Origin: Macrostomum lignano
Taxonomy: Eukaryota
Assembly (NCBI GenBank): GCA_002269645.1
Contig: NIVC01002201.1
Span: 140,277 to 204,276 of the forward strand
Direction of reading: 5' to 3'
DNA length: 64,000 bases
Shown piece by piece: positions 49,901 to 63,575 of this stretch (its first letter is position 1; each line of letters begins with the position of its first letter). The translations under genes and the position numbers were made by a program. A model generated the notes under the pieces. That model saw only the letters and a list, made by a program, of their open reading frames with translations, was not told the origin of the DNA and made no database searches.

Positions 49901-52877
49901 TTGCAGCCTACGAAGCGGCTTGTCCTGCTCGCGCCTACAAAGGCAAGACCTCGGCGCCGTGGTGGAACCCGGAGCTGGGGAAACTCAGGCGAAAGGCCAA
50001 AAGCCTTCATCGCCGTGTCATGAAGACCGGAAACCCGGAGGACATGGAGCTTTTCCGGCAAGCCTCCCGCAATTTCAAATCTGAAGTGCGCAAGGCCAAG
50101 GAATGTAAGTGGCGCCAATTCTGCAATGAATTGGATCAAGACAGACCTACTTCTAGGCTTGTCAAGGCCCTTACAATGGACAAAATTCCAAATTAGCCAT
50201 GATCAAAAAAGATGATGGCTCTCTTACTAAAGACCCTGGAGAAGTGCTTCAGCATATGCTCAGCACATTCTTCCCGAGGGTACCTACTGCTAGACAGGAG
50301 CCCAACCATTCGATGGATGGAGCCACTTTAGCGGCGGGCATTGTCACTGAAGACCTAATCGCTCGTGCGGTCAGAACCTTCAAACCCTTCAAATCTCCTG
50401 GACCTGATGGTATCTACCCTGTTCTCCTTCGTGAAGCAGCCAAGATACCTTCATTCCTGAGACTCACCCGCAATCTTATGCGGGCCTCTATCCAGCTGGG
50501 AAACGTTCCCAAATGCTGGACTGAAGCTCGGGTAGTCTTTATTCCCAAACCTGGGAAGGGTGACTACAAAAGCGTCAAGGCCTTCCGGCCTATTAGCTTA
50601 ACGTCAGCAATGCTTAAGCTCACTGAGAGGCTTATTCTCTGGCGGCTGCTGTCCTGCGAGCTGACAGCGATGCCCCTCAGCAATAATCAGCACGCCTTCC
50701 GTACCGGGAGGTCGACTGACAGCGCCCTGCATGTGATTGTCGAGAAGATTGAAAGGGCGGTACTGGGTGACGGTTACGCTCTGGCTCTCTTTCTTGACAT
50801 TGTTGGCGCCTTCGACAACGTTATATTTGAAGCGTTTCATAGGGCCCTTCAAAATCGCAAAGCTCATGCTACCCTCATACGGTGGATCATGTACATGATC
50901 TCCAACCGTACGGTCACTGCCCAACTTCTTGGGCAAACTGCCTCCACCAGAGTCTGTAAGGGTGGACCCCAAGGCGGAGTCCTCACCCCGACGCTCTGGA
51001 ATCTGGTCATGGACGCTCTTCTAAGTGACTCCCGACCCGACCCCGTCTTCAAAGTCGGGTATGCTGACGACGTCACGGCCATTGTGTCAGGTCCGTCTCC
51101 CAGCACGCTCAGGGATCTGATGCAGAACTTTATCCGCAAAGCAGAATCCTGGGCCAATGACAATGGTCTGGAACTCTCTGAGCCCAAAACCGTTGCCATT
51201 TTGTTTACCAGCAGACTACGCTGGAACACACGTCCTCTGCAGCTCTACGGCAGAGATATTGCCTTCGCGCACCAGACCAGATGTATCGGGGTCATACTTG
51301 ACCACCGTCTCAACTGGTCCTTCCACGTGAAAGCAAAAGCCAAGCGTGCCTCAGCCATCCTGGCCCAGCTCCGACGAGCACTTGGCACTTCTTGGGGTCT
51401 ATCCCCAAAGCGGCTTTGGTGGATCTATACTTCCGTAGTTAGACCTGCCATTACGTACGCCTCTGTTGTCTGGGTTAGCGCTACCCAGGTCAAAAGCCAT
51501 GCAGACCTGCTCAACACGATCCAAGGCAGAGCGTGTAGGCTCATCTGCAACGCCACCAGGTCCACGCCCTTTGCTGGCATGGGGGCCTTCCTTAATCTAC
51601 CGCCTCTTGACCTCTTCGTCAGGGGTGAAACGGCTAGAACGACGCGGCGTCTAATTGATGCCGGCGTCAAATTCATTTACATGAGAGCACCTGCTAAGCG
51701 GAACCTTGTCCCGCATAGCGATCTGTGCCTCAACTTTCTCAACGAGTGTCAGGCCAATCGCGTCTTCACCGATGACATTGCCTCAACGCTCAACCTGAGA
51801 CAGCGCTACTCCGTAGCTATCGACTCGCGCGATAACATCAATGACCAATGGAACCCTGGTGAGCTTCATTGCTACACTGACGGTTCTAAGCAGTCAGCCA
51901 ACACCGGCTTTGGTGTTGGAATCTTTCTGAACGGGAGGGTCATCGCTACCCACGCTCAATACACTGGGGTCAACTCCAGTGTTTTCCAAAATGAAGTTCT
52001 GGCCATCAGCTCCTGCACTGCAGAGCTTCTCGCCACTGGCGTTACTGGCAAGAACATCATTTTCCATTCGGACAGCCAAGCTGCCTTGCACGCCATCAGT
52101 GGCTGCAGCACCAACTCTGCTACAGTCCTCGACTGTATCAAACTCCTCAACGTTGGGTTCCGCCAACAAAATTACGCTTAAGTGGGTTCCGGGGCATGTG
52201 GGGATCCGAGGAAATGAGCTGGCTGACACCCTTGCAAAAGTTGGTGCCTCCGGCTCCTCTCTCGGCCCCGAACCTCTTGTCCCAATTCCTGGCTGTGTCA
52301 TCGACTCGCGCATCAAAGCGTGGATCAGGACTCAGCACCGCTCGACTTGGGCGAACCGCACGAACTGCAGGCAATCCAGAGGCGCTGTCCCTCAGCCCTC
52401 TCACCAGCTCCGGAAGCTCCTTTTGCGCCTCTCGCGCAGAGACATCCGGGCTGCCACCATGACCCTCTCTGGTCACGGCTGCTTCTCCAGGCACCAGTAC
52501 CTGCAGGGCAACGCCACCAACGCCACCTGTAGTTTCTGCAACTCAGGTGACGAAACCGCTGAGCATTTCGTCAGCATCTGTCCCGCCTTCACGCGGGCCA
52601 GACTCACTTACCTCGGGCCACACACATCTATTACTGAAGCGTGCAAACCCGAAAACTTTAATCAGCTCATGCGCTACCTTCGGGCCACCCGCAGGGCTGA
52701 ACTCTCCTTTCCAGAGAGCACTATAGCTGCTGGCGACACTGGGGGACCTCCCTGGGCGGCGCCAACCCTCCGTCCATAGCGACGCGTCGGCCGTTCAGGG
52801 ATTAGCGGAATGGGCGCCCGCGCCTTCCCGCTGTGTCCCCTCCGGGACAGCCCTGCAGCTAAGTCAAGTAAGTCAAG
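46976..52877 (+). mobile_element. Full-length RNase H-bearing LINE (LOA/R1/I-group like): ORF1 ~47499-49018; ORF2 APE-RT-RNaseH-CCHC 49042-52779, with small deletions
   Basis: APE motifs LQINL, LIQEPW, GGDLNAHH and SDH. RT motifs FRPISL, FLDIVGAFD, PQGGVLTP and YADD. RNase H and zinc knuckle. Tail (taagtcaag)2. Candidate 10-bp TSD taagataaaa at 46966-46975 and 52878-52887. Frame breaks near 48340, 50190 and 52150. Confidence 0.96.
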
Positions 52878-53179
52878 TAAGATAAAACACTTAAGAACGT
52901 AGTTGAGATCGCGCTTGCTCAAACTCGGATAGTCGGTTGCGGGTGCCAATGGCAAAGTCACTAAAGACAGCTTCGACTTCAGCAAGACTATGTGATTTAA
53001 AGCAGATAACTTGAAAATGTCACAGAAAAGGTTTAGTAGAGACATTTTTAGTATAATGAATAGAGACAACTACTCACTCTTAAATACCCAACACAGTCGT
53101 TTTTGTGAACGGCATCAAATCAACACTTCTCTATGGTTAAAATTTACAATGTTAATATAGCCAAACGGGGTATAAATTA

Positions 53180-53298
53180 TTATTTCTGTTTATTTTAGTC
53201 TATGGTCTGAAGCATAAGCTTCGGACTCGCATTCAGGCCTAGGCTTCGCCTCGGTCAAGAAACGAGTCCTCTGCTTTTGCTTCAGACTACAGAAATAA
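53180..53298. mobile_element. Small fold-back (palindromic) element, MITE-like
   Basis: Nested inverted arms: ttatttctgt/acagaaataa, gtctgaagcataagc/gcttttgcttcagac and ggactcg/cgagtcc. Confidence 0.5.
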
Positions 53299-53643
53299 AT
53301 AACTTTCATTTAACTGAGTGTAATCATAGACTATTTTATTTACCTGTATATGTATCGAGTACAAAAGGCACACCACTTTAAATGGAATAAAATAAAATAG
53401 AAAAGCAAAAGCTGCTGAGAAGGCATCGGCCGAAAAAGTTAAAGAACAAGTTGTCAAAACAGACTTGTAACAAGAGATCGCATGATTTACTTCTCGAGCC
53501 GCTTGGCAAATCTAGAGTGTATAAAATTACGTACATATCTCTAGCACCGATTTTGCAATATTGGCAGTTTCACTAACTGATTTGATAGATTGATCGACTG
53601 AGAACTGCCTTGCCATTGGTTCACTGTGACCAGTGCCTGCTAA

Positions 53644-54000
53644 CAGGGGCGTAGCCAGGAATTTTGATTGGGGGGGGCCGTGAGTTAGGGGGCGCCAGCT
53701 TCTTATAGGGGGGCGCCAGTTTCTTTTAGGGGGGGGGGCGCCAGTTTCTTTTAGGGGGGGGGCGCCAGTTTCTTTTAGGGGGGGGGCGCCAGTTTCTTAT
53801 AGGGGGGGCGCCAGTTTCTTTTAGGGGGGGGGTGCCAGTTTCTTTCAGAGGGGGGGGCGCCAGTTTCTTTTAGGGGGGGGGGGCGCCAGTTTCTTTTAGG
53901 GGGGGGCGCCAGTTTCTTTTAGGGGGGGGGGGCGCCAAGGCCAGAGTTGGTGATTGGGGGGGGCCACGGCCCCCTTGCCCCCCCTCTGGCTACGCCCCTG
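53644..54000. mobile_element. hAT-type MITE with 15-bp perfect TIRs, 8-bp TSD and internal minisatellite
   Basis: TIRs caggggcgtagccag / ctggctacgcccctg. TSD cctgctaa at 53636-53643 and 54001-54008. About 10 units of ggcgccagtttcttttag(g)n inside. Confidence 0.92.
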
Positions 54001-54219
54001 CCTGCTAATTTAGCTCCTCATCTGAGCCATCAGCGAAAAAGAAATAAATCCGATAAAAATAACTGTCCGATCAGGGACAACTAAAACACTCGGGACGCGA
54101 AACGAGCAAAATCATGGGGAAAAAATTTGGGGGCTCGTTTAAGTCTATGGGCGCCCAGTTTTTCATCCATTAAATGCATGATCAAACTGTTTTCCAAACA
54201 TTTTTTGTAATTTTTAAAT

Positions 54220-55950
54220 AACAGCCGGCGCTGAACCTGGCCGGCGACACCCCGGAGGAGCGCAGGAATGAATTGCGCGACTTCTTCACTGGCGTCGTGA
54301 GCGCGCCCGCGTCGCCGCTGCCTGCCAGTTTTGCGCTTCCTCTGGACACGCCGCTCCTAGCTGAGGAGGACTTTTGCACCAGCCCGGTCACCACTGAGGA
54401 CGTTGTGCTGTTCGCTCAGAAAACATCAGGCGAAAAGGCGCTCGGCCCCGACGAAGTTCCGGTCGAAGCGCTGCGGCTCCGCTGTGTGGCCTCCCAGTCC
54501 ACAGGTGTCATGAACCGCATGCTCGCCGGCGCCCCTGCGCCCACCGAGTGGACCGTCTCGCAAATCGTGCCGATCCCAAAGAAGGCAGGGACAACGCGGA
54601 AAGAAGACCACCGTAACATCTCGCTGATGTCCTGCACCGCGAAGCTTTTCAACCGGCTGCTGCTCGATCGCCTGCAGTCGGTGCCGGACCTATACCTGTA
54701 GTACGAGCAGAACGGATTCTGGCCCCAACGCGGTACAGTGACCCAGATCCTGCACTCGGTCGTGTCATCGAGGAGGCGCGCATCCACCAGTCTACGCTGA
54801 TCATTGTCTTCGTTGACTTTCGAAAGGCGTTTGACTCGGTGTTGAGAACCGCGTTTCCCTTTGTCCTTCGAGCCTACCGGGTACCCCAGCAGCTAATCGA
54901 CGCTGTCATGGCGATGTATTAATTGCGACACTCGAGCTGCTAGCTGTGGTGACGGCGGACGGCCTGTCTGACCTGTTCGACACTTTGTCAGGAGCCGTCA
55001 GGAGCTGTCGCCCTTCCTCTTCGTGCTGCTGCTGGACTGGGTGCTTCGGACCGCACTCCCTTCGGCTGACGACGGCTTCTTGCTGCGCAGACGTATCGGT
55101 CGCCGCCACGGCGAAAAGCGCCTGAGCGTGCTTGGCTACGCCGACGACCTCGCCCTCCTGTCCTCGTCCGTTGAAGGCGCCCAGCGCCAGATCGACAGGC
55201 TGGTCAAGGTGGCATCGAGCGTCGGTCTGGTTGTCAACACGCTGAAGGCCGAGGTGCGGACTGAGCCGGCCGACATCACAGCGGACCTGACGTGCCGCGG
55301 CGCAGACGGGCAGACGACTAGGCTCGCACGCAGTCAGCGGTTCACCTACCTCGGCAGTCTGGTGCCTCACGTGGAGGAAGAGCTCCGGCGGCGTAGAGGA
55401 CTTGCCTGGGCGGCCTTCCGTTCGATCCGAGCCATCCTCCAGTCCGAAGCGCTGCCCGACCGCCAGAGGGCTCGGCTGTGACAGGCGGTGGTCGAAACCG
55501 TCCTGCTCTACAACGCCGAGACGTCGACGCTAACGGCTACGCTAGAGTGACAGCTGGACTCGGCACACTCAAGGCTGCTCCGTGCGGCCTTTCGAGCTGA
55601 CGAGAGCGTCGGGACCGAGGCCCTGTACGATCGGGCCGAGCTGCAGCGCCCGTCCACCATCCTGCGCCGGCGGCGACTTCAACTGGCGGGCCACGTGTTC
55701 CGGGCCGAGGGCTACTGCCCCCAACCTGTTCAGGACGTTCTGCTGCTCACCTTGCAGGGGCCCGTTCAGGCGGGGTCAGGCCCAACGTGGATACGTGGAG
55801 TGCCTCCTACGCAACGCCGGGGCGCCCGACACTGCCAACGGGGCGGATTTCGTCCGCTCTAAGGCTCTGCGGCGCGCAATCTGACGCACCTTGCTCTAAC
55901 TGTGACCTTGCATGCGGGTCTGCGTACTTTGTTGTTTGTTGTTGTTGTGC
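54220..55950 (+). mobile_element. 5'-truncated, decayed non-LTR retrotransposon RT (RTE-like)
   Basis: KALGPDEV, IVPIPKK, HRNISL, VFVDFRKAFDSV, GYADDLALL and FTYLGS..RRGLAWAAF. Stops and frameshifts. A (TTG)n-type tail lies at ~55930-55948. Confidence 0.88.
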
Positions 55951-56340
55951 GTACAATATTGTAACGGTATTAGGACTAGTTCATGGCTGCTTCATGCATT
56001 TATCTTTAATGAACTTTGAATAAAATTATATGGACAAAAATTGAATAAACGGAATTAAGGACACTCAAGTAGTCTACGTGAGTAGTCCTTGCGATATGTG
56101 GTATATTCGGACTTAACTTTAGGACATGTCCGGTTTGCAACATTAAAAAGTAAAGCAAAGTTGCATTTAAAGCATGTTTGCTAGTTATGTAACGAATGAT
56201 TGTTTATACTTTTTGCTTTAATATATATATTTTTATTTTTTATTACGTCCTTTATGGTAAATATCTGCCTTTTGACTTTAATACTGCTGCACATATTCAA
56301 TTAACTAAATTTTTATTTCTCAATCCCTCAATTTCTCAAT

Positions 56341-58420
56341 CCCCCAAATCCCTCAAACAACAGAGTAACAATTGATGAAAAATTTGTCATACACTTTCAA
56401 AATCTTGTAACTGAACAAGACAGCAGCATTAGACTATCATACGATCTTCACCTTGACAACCCTATTCTGGCTGATTTAGAGGATTTCAATGCCCCATTCA
56501 CCAAAGAAGAAGTTATAAAACATATCAAAAAGCTCAAAACCGACAAAGCACCTGGGCACGATAAAGTATATGTAGAAACACTCAAATACCTCGAGAACGA
56601 ACTTGCTGATCTCCTATGCTCACTTTTCAACGAAGCACTCAAACAAGGAACCTTCCCAACTAGTTGGATAACAAATACACTTCATCCGATTTATAAAAAC
56701 AAAGGCAGCAGTGCCGACCCCAACAATTACAGAGGAATCTGCATTCAACCAATTCTTGGCAAGCTCTTTTGCCAAATTATTAAATCCAGACTCGAAAATC
56801 TAGCATACGCAAACAATCTTATATCAAAATACCAATACGGTTTCAAGCCCAATCACAGCACAATCGACCAATGTTTTAATCTTTACAACATTATAAACCA
56901 ATCCATCTACAACAAAGAAGAACTCTTTATTGGATTTGTTGACTATGAAAAAGCCTTCGATAGCTTAAATCAACCGACCCTTTGGTGCAAAACGGATAAT
57001 CAGGGTATTAAAGGTCAAATGATGGAACTTATCAAGAACATGCATAAAAATGCCTGCTTCATTCTAAAAAAAGATGATGATGATGATGAAACCCAGCCAA
57101 TCCCAATATCTAAAGGTGTTCTTCAAGGCAACCCTCTCTCTACCATTCTTTTTGAACTATATATTGACGACATTGTTGAATATCTTGAACTCTCTAGCGC
57201 TAGGCGCTCTCTTACGAGATCTGCTTTCCCACTCATCCTACTCTTTGCAGACGATCAAGCCATTCTAGCTAAAAACAAAGACGAACTTCAAGACACATTT
57301 ACGACTATGGAAAATTACTGCAAACAAAATTACTTGAAAGTAAACGCAAGCAAAACAAAGTTTATGCAGGGCAATACCAGACAAAAAAACGACACAGATA
57401 GCATTGCTACAAAAATATACTACCACAACCAAGAAATAAAAGAAGTAAATGAATTTAAATACCTGGGAATTATTTTTGAACCAAAAAACAGCTTTAAAAA
57501 ATGTATTGAACACCAAACTAAGCAGGGATATACAGCCATGTTTTCCCTACTCCATAGGGTAAAGAATACGTCCCTAGACATCACACTCATTCGCAGACTA
57601 TTTGACGCGCTTGTTACCCCCGTTATCACTTACGGTTGTGAGCTCTGGGGCCCTCTGGCTACCATGTCTGATACAAAAGCTATTGATAATATTCAGCTGA
57701 AATTCTACAAATATCTCCTCAATCTACCAAAATTTGCTAGCAACAGTGTGATATCATCAGAACTTGAGCTTACTCCAATCTCTCAACGAATCGCTAAAAC
57801 CTACCTCATCTACTGGCTGAAGATTAGACACAAAAACTCTGCCAAACGACTCTAGAAATTTTCTACTCAAGCACCAGCCAAAAAAATCCATGGAAAATGA
57901 ATGTACTAAAGAAACTAGAAAGTATAGACCTAAAAGCACTAACTGAAGATAAACTTTCCCAAAGCTTTAATAACGAGAAATACCTAGTGAAAAAGCACCT
58001 CAAGATACACAGAGAAAGAGAACTTAGGCACTTAGCCAAAAGCTAGAGAATCAGCAACATATTAAACTCTACAAAAACGCCTATCTCTACAAAAAAATCT
58101 GCAGGCCCGACCTTTCAGATTACTTTCCATGTACATTTAGAAACAAAAAATTCTTAACAACCCTTCTAAAACTGAAATGCGAGATTACACCCAACTTTTT
58201 TTCTCAAGAACCATGTAAAATGTGTGGAGCGCGAAATGGTTCTGACATTCTACACTACTTGACCGAATGTCCACAAACTGAAGAGATCAGGAAAAAATAC
58301 TTCTGTCAATACCTCTTAAATAGCAATCAAATACACAAGATAGGATATGCTACAAATGAAAAAAGAGTCAGAAAAGAACTCACTGGTGTAGCTAAAATAT
58401 ATGAAGTCATGAATAGCTAA
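56341..58420 (+). mobile_element. 5'-truncated non-LTR retrotransposon RT with C-terminal CCHC (clade not assigned)
   Basis: The frame is open from at least 56341 to 57855: KAPGHD, NYRGIC, QYGFK, FVDYEKAFDSL, GVLQGNPLS, LFADD, FKYLG. Broken 3' part with CKMC..H..EC at ~58215-58270. Confidence 0.9.
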
Positions 58421-59612
58421 AACAGTTAAACAAACTGAATCAGATACATTAGCAGTGTAACAAATCCGCTTTTCAGTTGTTTATTCATTTACTGTCTTTT
58501 TTAATTCCCTATTTAAATCGTCGTTATTCGTTAAACGTAAAGTTCTTTCGAAGTATTGTTTATGTTCGTTTTTTCACGCTTTGAAATATCACGCGCTTTC
58601 AAAAATACTACATCTTTTTTTTACAAACTCGCTTACCAAAGTAATCTCGCAATTAAAGCTATACCTCGTAATTTGTACTCATTTTTGTATTAATATTTAT
58701 ACTCGTTGTTAGTTGTTAGTCGTCACTTTTCGTCCAAAAATACCGTAAAAATTCTGGCGCGCTTTCAAATACTTTATCTTTTACAATAACTCTAACTCTT
58801 ACTACTACTAACTCGCGGCAAATCGTCTTTATAAACTTCTATTTCGAAAACTTTTCCAAATACATAGCTCTATAATATATTGGCCAAACAGGCTAATTGC
58901 CTGAGCCAAATTCTCTTACTACTACTACGAACGACCGTTAAAATACTCAATCATCAAAGTCAAAGAACTTCTCAGGATTGCTGTAGCAACATAGCAAGCA
59001 TATTTTCTTGACGCACCAGCGGTCTAGAATGGTTTTAAGTGTCTTAAATTTTAAAGTTTTTTTATTAGCCTCTAGCCATATAACCATGATCATGGACATT
59101 GGCCCGGCCCCATGGCCTGGGCATGCAATCATGCCATTCATGGTCATGGTCATGGATGAGGAATGTTAATAATCCATACTAAATTTGTTTCTATGTTCCA
59201 AGAGTTGGGCGTAATAATTTGTAAATAATTTGACGAGCTAAATGTACATCTATCTGCCTTTATATTTTGGCTTAACTCTTAAGTCCTACCTACCTAATTA
59301 GTGTAGTTAATTAGACAAGTATAGTACATGCTCAAAAATGCATCGCATTCTGTCAATTTGTCTAGGTGTTTTGTGGTATACAGTACACTGAGTATAGTAA
59401 AGGTGCCATGGCATCCTGGCTTTCATTTTGGCATCCTAGATTTGGACCAATAATGCCAAATTAATGCCAGAGAATTCTGGCATACAATGGATACAAAAAA
59501 TGATTGGCATAATATAGGCTATGTCATATAGAACAGTCTATTGGAAAACTGTGCTACTGTGCCAAAGCTGGTGTATTGCATAGCTGTTGATGTACAAAAG
59601 ACCAAAATTTTG

Positions 59613-59760
59613 TAATGCAAGATAGGGTCCCTTATTGTCACTATGCAAGAAAGGGTCCCTTATTGTCACAATGCAAGAAAGGGTCCTTTATGTCACAATG
59701 AAAGAAAAATGGTCCCTTATTGTCACAATGCAAGAAAGGGTCCCTTATTGTCACAATGCC
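59613..59760. repeat. Tandem repeat, ~28-bp unit AATGCAAGAAAGGGTCCCTTATTGTCAC x5
   Basis: Directly visible; tgtcac recurs at 27-30 nt spacing. Confidence 0.9.
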
Positions 59761-60364
59761 TTTCTAATAATGTCAAGCATATACAATCTGTTTTTTCTAG
59801 AATTAATTTAAATTTATAGTGTAGGGGGTCACTTTTTCTAGTATACTAGGCCCTATGTTATAGATTTGAGAATGTGGCTAGGCCATAAGTGAAACTATGA
59901 AAGTAATGAGTTAGTAATAGTATTGACAACTTCATTGTCTTGTCTTAAAAAATGATGATGAGCAATAGGTGTTGTTTTTTATATCTAGAGCTAAGCTACT
60001 AAGTAGGCAAATTTGATCAATCAATCAACTGGCTAGCTAGGTTCAATATATATCTCCTCTTAGATAGCTGACAACTTAAATGTGGGACTTATATGATAGG
60101 ACTTATATGATTAATATAACATCAGCTTTAGCCTTAAAACTTTAGGCTATCCCAGTTTAATATTGACCATTATTATTAATATAGTATTAATAGGCCCTAT
60201 CATATTTAGTATCCCTTCTAGGCTCTTAGTCTCCCTAGGTATAGGCCTTATACTAAATGTCTAAAATCCAATATTTTTTAATATTATATTGTTTAAAAAG
60301 GAATTTTCTTTACTTCTAGTTCTAACTTTTTTATGTCACCTAACATCTTGGTTTTCAGTTTGGT

Positions 60365-60440
60365 ATCCACAGATAAACAGACACACACATAGACAGACAG
60401 ACAGAAATAGACAGTTTTAGACCTAGGATAAATTAGTCAA
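60365..60440. repeat. (GACA)n-containing short interspersed element relic
   Basis: cacagataaacagacacacacatagacagacagacagaaatagacag. The layout resembles Helentron/DINE-type non-autonomous elements (inference). Confidence 0.35.
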
Positions 60441-63369
60441 TACTTCCTAAAACAAATGTTTAACCTCTATATATATTAGCAAAAGAATTAAAATTTTGCC
60501 TAAATATAAAAAATATATCAATTTCAATAAAATATTCAGTGAGCTATTGACCCATTCCATATAAGATCGACATATTTGGAAAATAGAAAAAAGTCAATAT
60601 TTTTGCTTGTCATTGCCTTATCAGCCAATTTTTTTACCAAATCTTTTTGTATGTAATGTATACAATCTAAGAATAAATAAATGATAAAATGTTAGGTTAG
60701 TATGTTGTCAATTGGCAAAAAGTTATTTTTGTAAAAGATTAGACATTTTCTAAGCAAAAGACATCATTAAGTTTATGTTTAAAAACCTTTTAAAAACAAA
60801 TAAAAAGCTTTAGAAGGTTAAAACAAACTATATATAAAATTATAGTACTTGCATCATCAGATAAAAACATTAGCAACCATATAATCTATTATATTTTTAA
60901 TATATTAGTACTTCAAAGTTACTGAATTGACAGAAAAAAATATGTTATAACCATAAGGCTGCCTTTTCTTTTGTATCTTTGTTGCCTATTTGAGTTTATA
61001 TATTCTAATAAAAGAGTATGACTTCTAAAGATGTTCTTAGTCAAATTTAAAAGAAACTTATTGCAAAATATCAAAAATGAAAAATGTTATAAGACTTTTA
61101 CCTTTTAGTTTCTATATGTCAAAAATCCTGTTGTTACAACCATAAGTGCCATTCAAGGTTTAATAGCATCTATACTAATGGTGATATCTATATGAAACTT
61201 TATAAACATATTCTTGACAAAATAATCTTTCATTCAAAATATTGTTTTAGTATATTCTATTATTAGATTTCATTTTATAAGTAAAAATAGTCTGTCATGT
61301 TATGGCTATAATTATATGGAATGGCCCTATTCAATATTAATTTTTAGTGAGTTTATTTTAAAGTTAAGTGTTATAAAAATATTAATAATTAAGTAATGGT
61401 CAGACTAGATCTCTTGATCTCAATTGTAGATTTATGATTTAAAAAATGCATTTTTATTTAGCTATATCAGTTTCTTACAATATTTTAACAAAAGACACCT
61501 ATAATTTAAGAATATTTTCACTCTAATAAGATTTCTAAAAATGTTTACAAACTTTTTACATTAAGTGTATGTTAATTTGAATCTTAATAGTCTAATAGAA
61601 TTGATATCATCTAGAGGTCAGATGGGATTGAAGTCATTTTGTGGAATTAGGATTGGGAATAATTTTTTCATGGGTTTTGTTCAGGATTTGGGATTTAGGA
61701 ATTAGGATCAGGTCTTTTAGTGTACTATAGTTCATTACTTATATTTAATGTATTTTGTTATACTATATAAATGTTGTAGGGCTTAGTTCTTTCCTCTAAA
61801 TTTTTCCATCAATTTGTTGCAGAGGAAACTTCTCTCTATGAAAATCCCACCTGCTGATATCAAAGTCGTGATAGAGTTTAATTCTCTTTCTTTTATGTTT
61901 CTTAGAACCAGTTATGCACTTATCTCTATTACGTTTCTAGGTAGCATCTAATATTTTATTCTGATGGCATCTAATGTATGGCTTAAGTGGTTTAGTATTG
62001 GTCCATGAGTTAGTCCAATCGGTGTTACTGAGACTTCAGGGTCACAACGCAACTCTCTAGTATATCTCTGCAAATTAGTCCCCAACTCCTTCTCTTAGCA
62101 AGTTTCTTAGAACTGTTTCTCAGCTTTCCAAATGAATAAGTTGCTCTTAACTTCAAGGTCTCTAAGGATTTGTAGATTGAACTGCTATTAGCTTTGATTG
62201 CAATGAGTGCTCACAGACACATAGCCAGTTGATTTTATTTGGCTGCAAAATTGCTCCCATATGTATCCCAAAATTTCCCAATACAATTAACAAAAAATAT
62301 TTCCCCAATTTATTTTGTGTATTAAAAGAAATGATTTACTGTATTATAACAAATATTTGGTGTATTCAAACAAACTAATATTTAGTGTCTTGTGTAGATT
62401 TAATTTCTAAAAAAGGTACAATATTATTCAAGCATTATTCTTACATTGATTAGAAAGGTAAAATATTCAAATAGCACAATTACATAAATATTAGAAATAT
62501 TTTGTATATTCTATATATCATTGTTTTGTTATAAATAATAGGGAAAATTTACGATAAACAGTGGCCAGCTGCAAGGCAAACCAAATAAATCCATTCCAAT
62601 GTTTCTCTATTGTTTTCAAACTCACTTTTACCATTACTCAGGCTATTTCTCTAGATTTATCTGTATTGGAAAAGAAACTTATAATCAGCCTCAAGAGTAA
62701 TTGCTCTTGTGTTACTTATTTTGAGTAGTAGATAGCAACTTAGAAATAGCCTGAAAATTGGGAGAATTCACTCCATTCTCAAAGAACAGGAACTCTAGAT
62801 TTCGAATCTAGGAAATTGCCTTAGAAGGCAGTAAGAGCAGTAAACTTACTAGAGTGTAAGCTGTGACCCTCTGATCCTGGTAAGTTGTAACACCTGGACT
62901 GAGAGAAAACCCACAATAGGAGAGAGCCAACAAGCCAATAAAATGCATTCAAGTAATAAATTTGCATTCTAGAAATTTCAAATCAAAAGATCTGTTCCCA
63001 ATTTCCATTTTTTAATGTTAAAATGCTGATCCCATGGAAATCAATTTTCCTCAGAATCTAAAGACTTTAGGATTAGGATCAGGATCACATCTAACCTCTA
63101 ATATCATCTTGACAGAGCTAATTTCAAATTTGAAATTTGATTTAAAAATTTGATGTTGTCCAACCCCTTGTATAGAAATACTAGGTTTCTTGCTCTTTCC
63201 ACTGGCTACTTCATGGAGGTTTTTTTCCAACTGTCTTGATTTTTTTCTGCAAGTCCATTTATTCATATTGATTGATTGTTGCTCATGCCAATGTTGCTTA
63301 ACTTGCTATCTATTGGTATAGGCTTGTAAAAGTTATTTATTAAATTTAGTCTAAATTTAATTTATATAT

Positions 63370-63575
63370 TGTGTCTCTTTTCAGCTCTCTTCTCTCCTCA
63401 CGATCATCTTTCCCATCTCTTCTTTCCTCTCCTCATCTTGTCTCATATCTTCTCTCTTATCTTTCTCATCTCTTCTCTCTTTTCCTCATCTCAATCTCTT
63501 CTCTCTTCTCATCTCATCTCACCCATCTCCTCTCCTTTCATCTCTTATCTAATCTAATCTCTCTTCTTTTTTTTC
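63370..63575. repeat. CT-rich low-complexity tract
   Basis: Polypyrimidine run (tctc/catc units). Confidence 0.8.

Noticed and set aside
45161-52532. Numerous antisense and alternate-frame ORFs over the two LINE copies
   Set aside because: They are shadows of GC-rich retroelement coding sequence, duplicated because the element is duplicated.
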